A stretch of DNA of 64,000 bases, taken from Longimicrobiales bacterium (GTDB taxonomy: Bacteria > Gemmatimonadota > Gemmatimonadetes > Longimicrobiales > Gaopeijiaceae). Numbering within the stretch: position 1 is the first letter of the stretch; each line of letters starts with the position of its first letter. Where the stretch lies: positions 832,001 to 896,000 of the forward strand of contig JAWLHJ010000001.1 in the NCBI GenBank assembly GCA_041690395.1, in the 5' to 3' direction. Both the position numbers and the translations under genes were made by a program. Shown here piece after piece: positions 62,805 to 64,000 of the stretch. The notes beneath the pieces were generated by a model, which saw nothing but the letters and a program-made list of their open reading frames with translations, did not search any database and had not been told where the DNA came from.

Positions 62805-63971
62805 ATGCCGTGTCCGTTCGCCCCACTCGCGCGCTTCGCGTCGATCGCCCCCCGAGACCCGACTCGTCGGGTCGGGGCCGGGTCGCGTCGCCTCCCTCCG
62901 GCCCGGCATGCGGGCGTCCGCCAGGGCACGGCGCGCTTCGACGGCATCGACCGATTCGCGGTCGGGCTGCTCACCGCCGGCCTCGTGGTGCTCGCGGTCG
63001 GCACCTGGCTCGAGCCTCCCTCGTCCGTCGTCGAGGCTGTCCGGCTGCACTACCCCGACTGGGCGCCGGGACTCGTCACGGACGGCATTCTTCTGCTCGT
63101 CGTCAACTCGATCCTGCGTAGGCACGACCGGAAGCGTACCCTCGCGCAGATCGGGAGCCTCTCGCGCGAGTTCGCGCTGGATGCCGTCCGGCGGGCCCGA
63201 AGCGACGGGTGGCTGAGCGACGGGGCGATGCGTGGCCTCGATCTCTCCCGGGCGGCGCTCGGTAGCGTGGATCTGTCCGGGAGTGACATGAGGGACGTCG
63301 ACCTGTCGTTCTCGGACCTCACGGGGGCGTCTCTCGCCTACGCCGACCTGCGTGGCATCGACCTGACCGGCACGGACCTCTCCGGCGCCGATCTGCGCTG
63401 GAGCGACCTGACGGGTGCGAGGCTGTCGTGGGCCGATCTCAGGGGCGCGCTGCTCGACGGGACCCGCCTGGAACGCGTGGACGCCCGCTTCGCTTCGGTG
63501 GATGCTCGGCAGTCCGGCCTGCCCGGCTTGGGGGAGGCGGTCGAGGACGGGTTCCTCAGCGCCGGCGAGGTCATGGAAGTGAGGGCCACCCTCCAGCTCC
63601 TGGCCGAAGCCGGTTCTGGGCCCGTGGAGAGGTTCTACGAGTGGCTCTTCCGCGAGGTGCCCGACGTCCGGCCGATGTTCCAGGGTGAGCCCGGGCCGCA
63701 GGCCAGGAAGTTCCTGCAGAGCCTGAAGGTCATCGTCGCGGCTCTGGACGCGCCGCAGCAGCATGTTCCCGTGCTTCAGAGGCTGGGAGAGCGTCACCGC
63801 CAGTACGGCGTGCGGCCCGAGCACTACCCGGTCGTTGCGCGCGGGCTCCTGCTTGCGATCGAGGAGGCGCTCGGTCCCGCGCTGACTCCGGCGGCCAGAT
63901 CCGCTTGGACGAGGGCGTTGGATCTGGTCGGGGAAGTGATGACCGGAGGGGGGATCCGGACGCCGTCCTGA
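62805..63971 (+). CDS. Membrane-anchored pentapeptide-repeat protein with C-terminal 3/3 globin domain
   Basis: Two hydrophobic segments; A(D/N)LxG repeats; FY..LF...P.VRPMF, Q..K, LG.RH..YGV.PEHY..V. Confidence 0.85.
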   Translation: MPCPFAPLARFASIAPRDPTRRVGAGSRRLPPARHAGVRQGTARFDGIDRFAVGLLTAGLVVLAVGTWLEPPSSVVEAVRLHYPDWAPGLVTDGILLLVVNSILRRHDRKRTLAQIGSLSREFALDAVRRARSDGWLSDGAMRGLDLSRAALGSVDLSGSDMRDVDLSFSDLTGASLAYADLRGIDLTGTDLSGADLRWSDLTGARLSWADLRGALLDGTRLERVDARFASVDARQSGLPGLGEAVEDGFLSAGEVMEVRATLQLLAEAGSGPVERFYEWLFREVPDVRPMFQGEPGPQARKFLQSLKVIVAALDAPQQHVPVLQRLGERHRQYGVRPEHYPVVARGLLLAIEEALGPALTPAARSAWTRALDLVGEVMTGGGIRTPS

Positions 63972-64000
63972 TCGTTATCCTTCAGGGTGATCAACCCGAA

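Noticed and set aside
1..64000. Numerous Arg/Pro/Gly-rich overlapping ORFs in the six-frame track
   Set aside because: Expected stop-poor shadow frames in high-GC DNA, overlapping well-supported genes and lacking motifs or RBS.

Overview
This is a very GC-rich bacterial chromosomal window with about 60 protein genes. I found no rRNA, tRNA, transposase or cas genes. Gene content suggests Gemmatimonadota or an Acidobacteriota-like lineage (orphan duplicated MacB/FtsX 'ADOP' permeases with PadR, many exported peptidases and amidohydrolases, a choice-of-anchor B protein); this is inference only. Most genes are ordinary: peptidases, ggt, modABC, a marR-doxX-catE-dinB cluster, transporters. Five loci stand out. 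(1) A complete pomY-pomZ-pomX-like cell-division-site positioning operon (23271-26859), a system I know only from myxobacteria. (2) An unannotated Cys-rich leader peptide with mutually exclusive antiterminator/terminator hairpins upstream of a TcyP cystine transporter (39190-39344), i.e. a candidate cysteine-sensing transcription attenuator. (3) A Phd/YefM antitoxin followed by a catalytically degenerate RelE-like domain fused in frame to an ADOP permease (30603-33644), in the position PadR occupies at the second permease locus. (4) A pafBC-like WYL pair with the same GTCAC-N10-TAnnnT promoter upstream of itself and of a TM0106 nuclease-helicase. (5) A NemR-like repressor with two TAGACC-N4-GGTCTA boxes, one before its own gene and one before a truncated haemoglobin. 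Also present are a 61-bp-period array of palindromic elements that mimics CRISPR, a 346-bp palindromic MITE-like element and a membrane pentapeptide-repeat/globin fusion. Family calls come from motif recognition by eye and recalled sequences; no searches were run.
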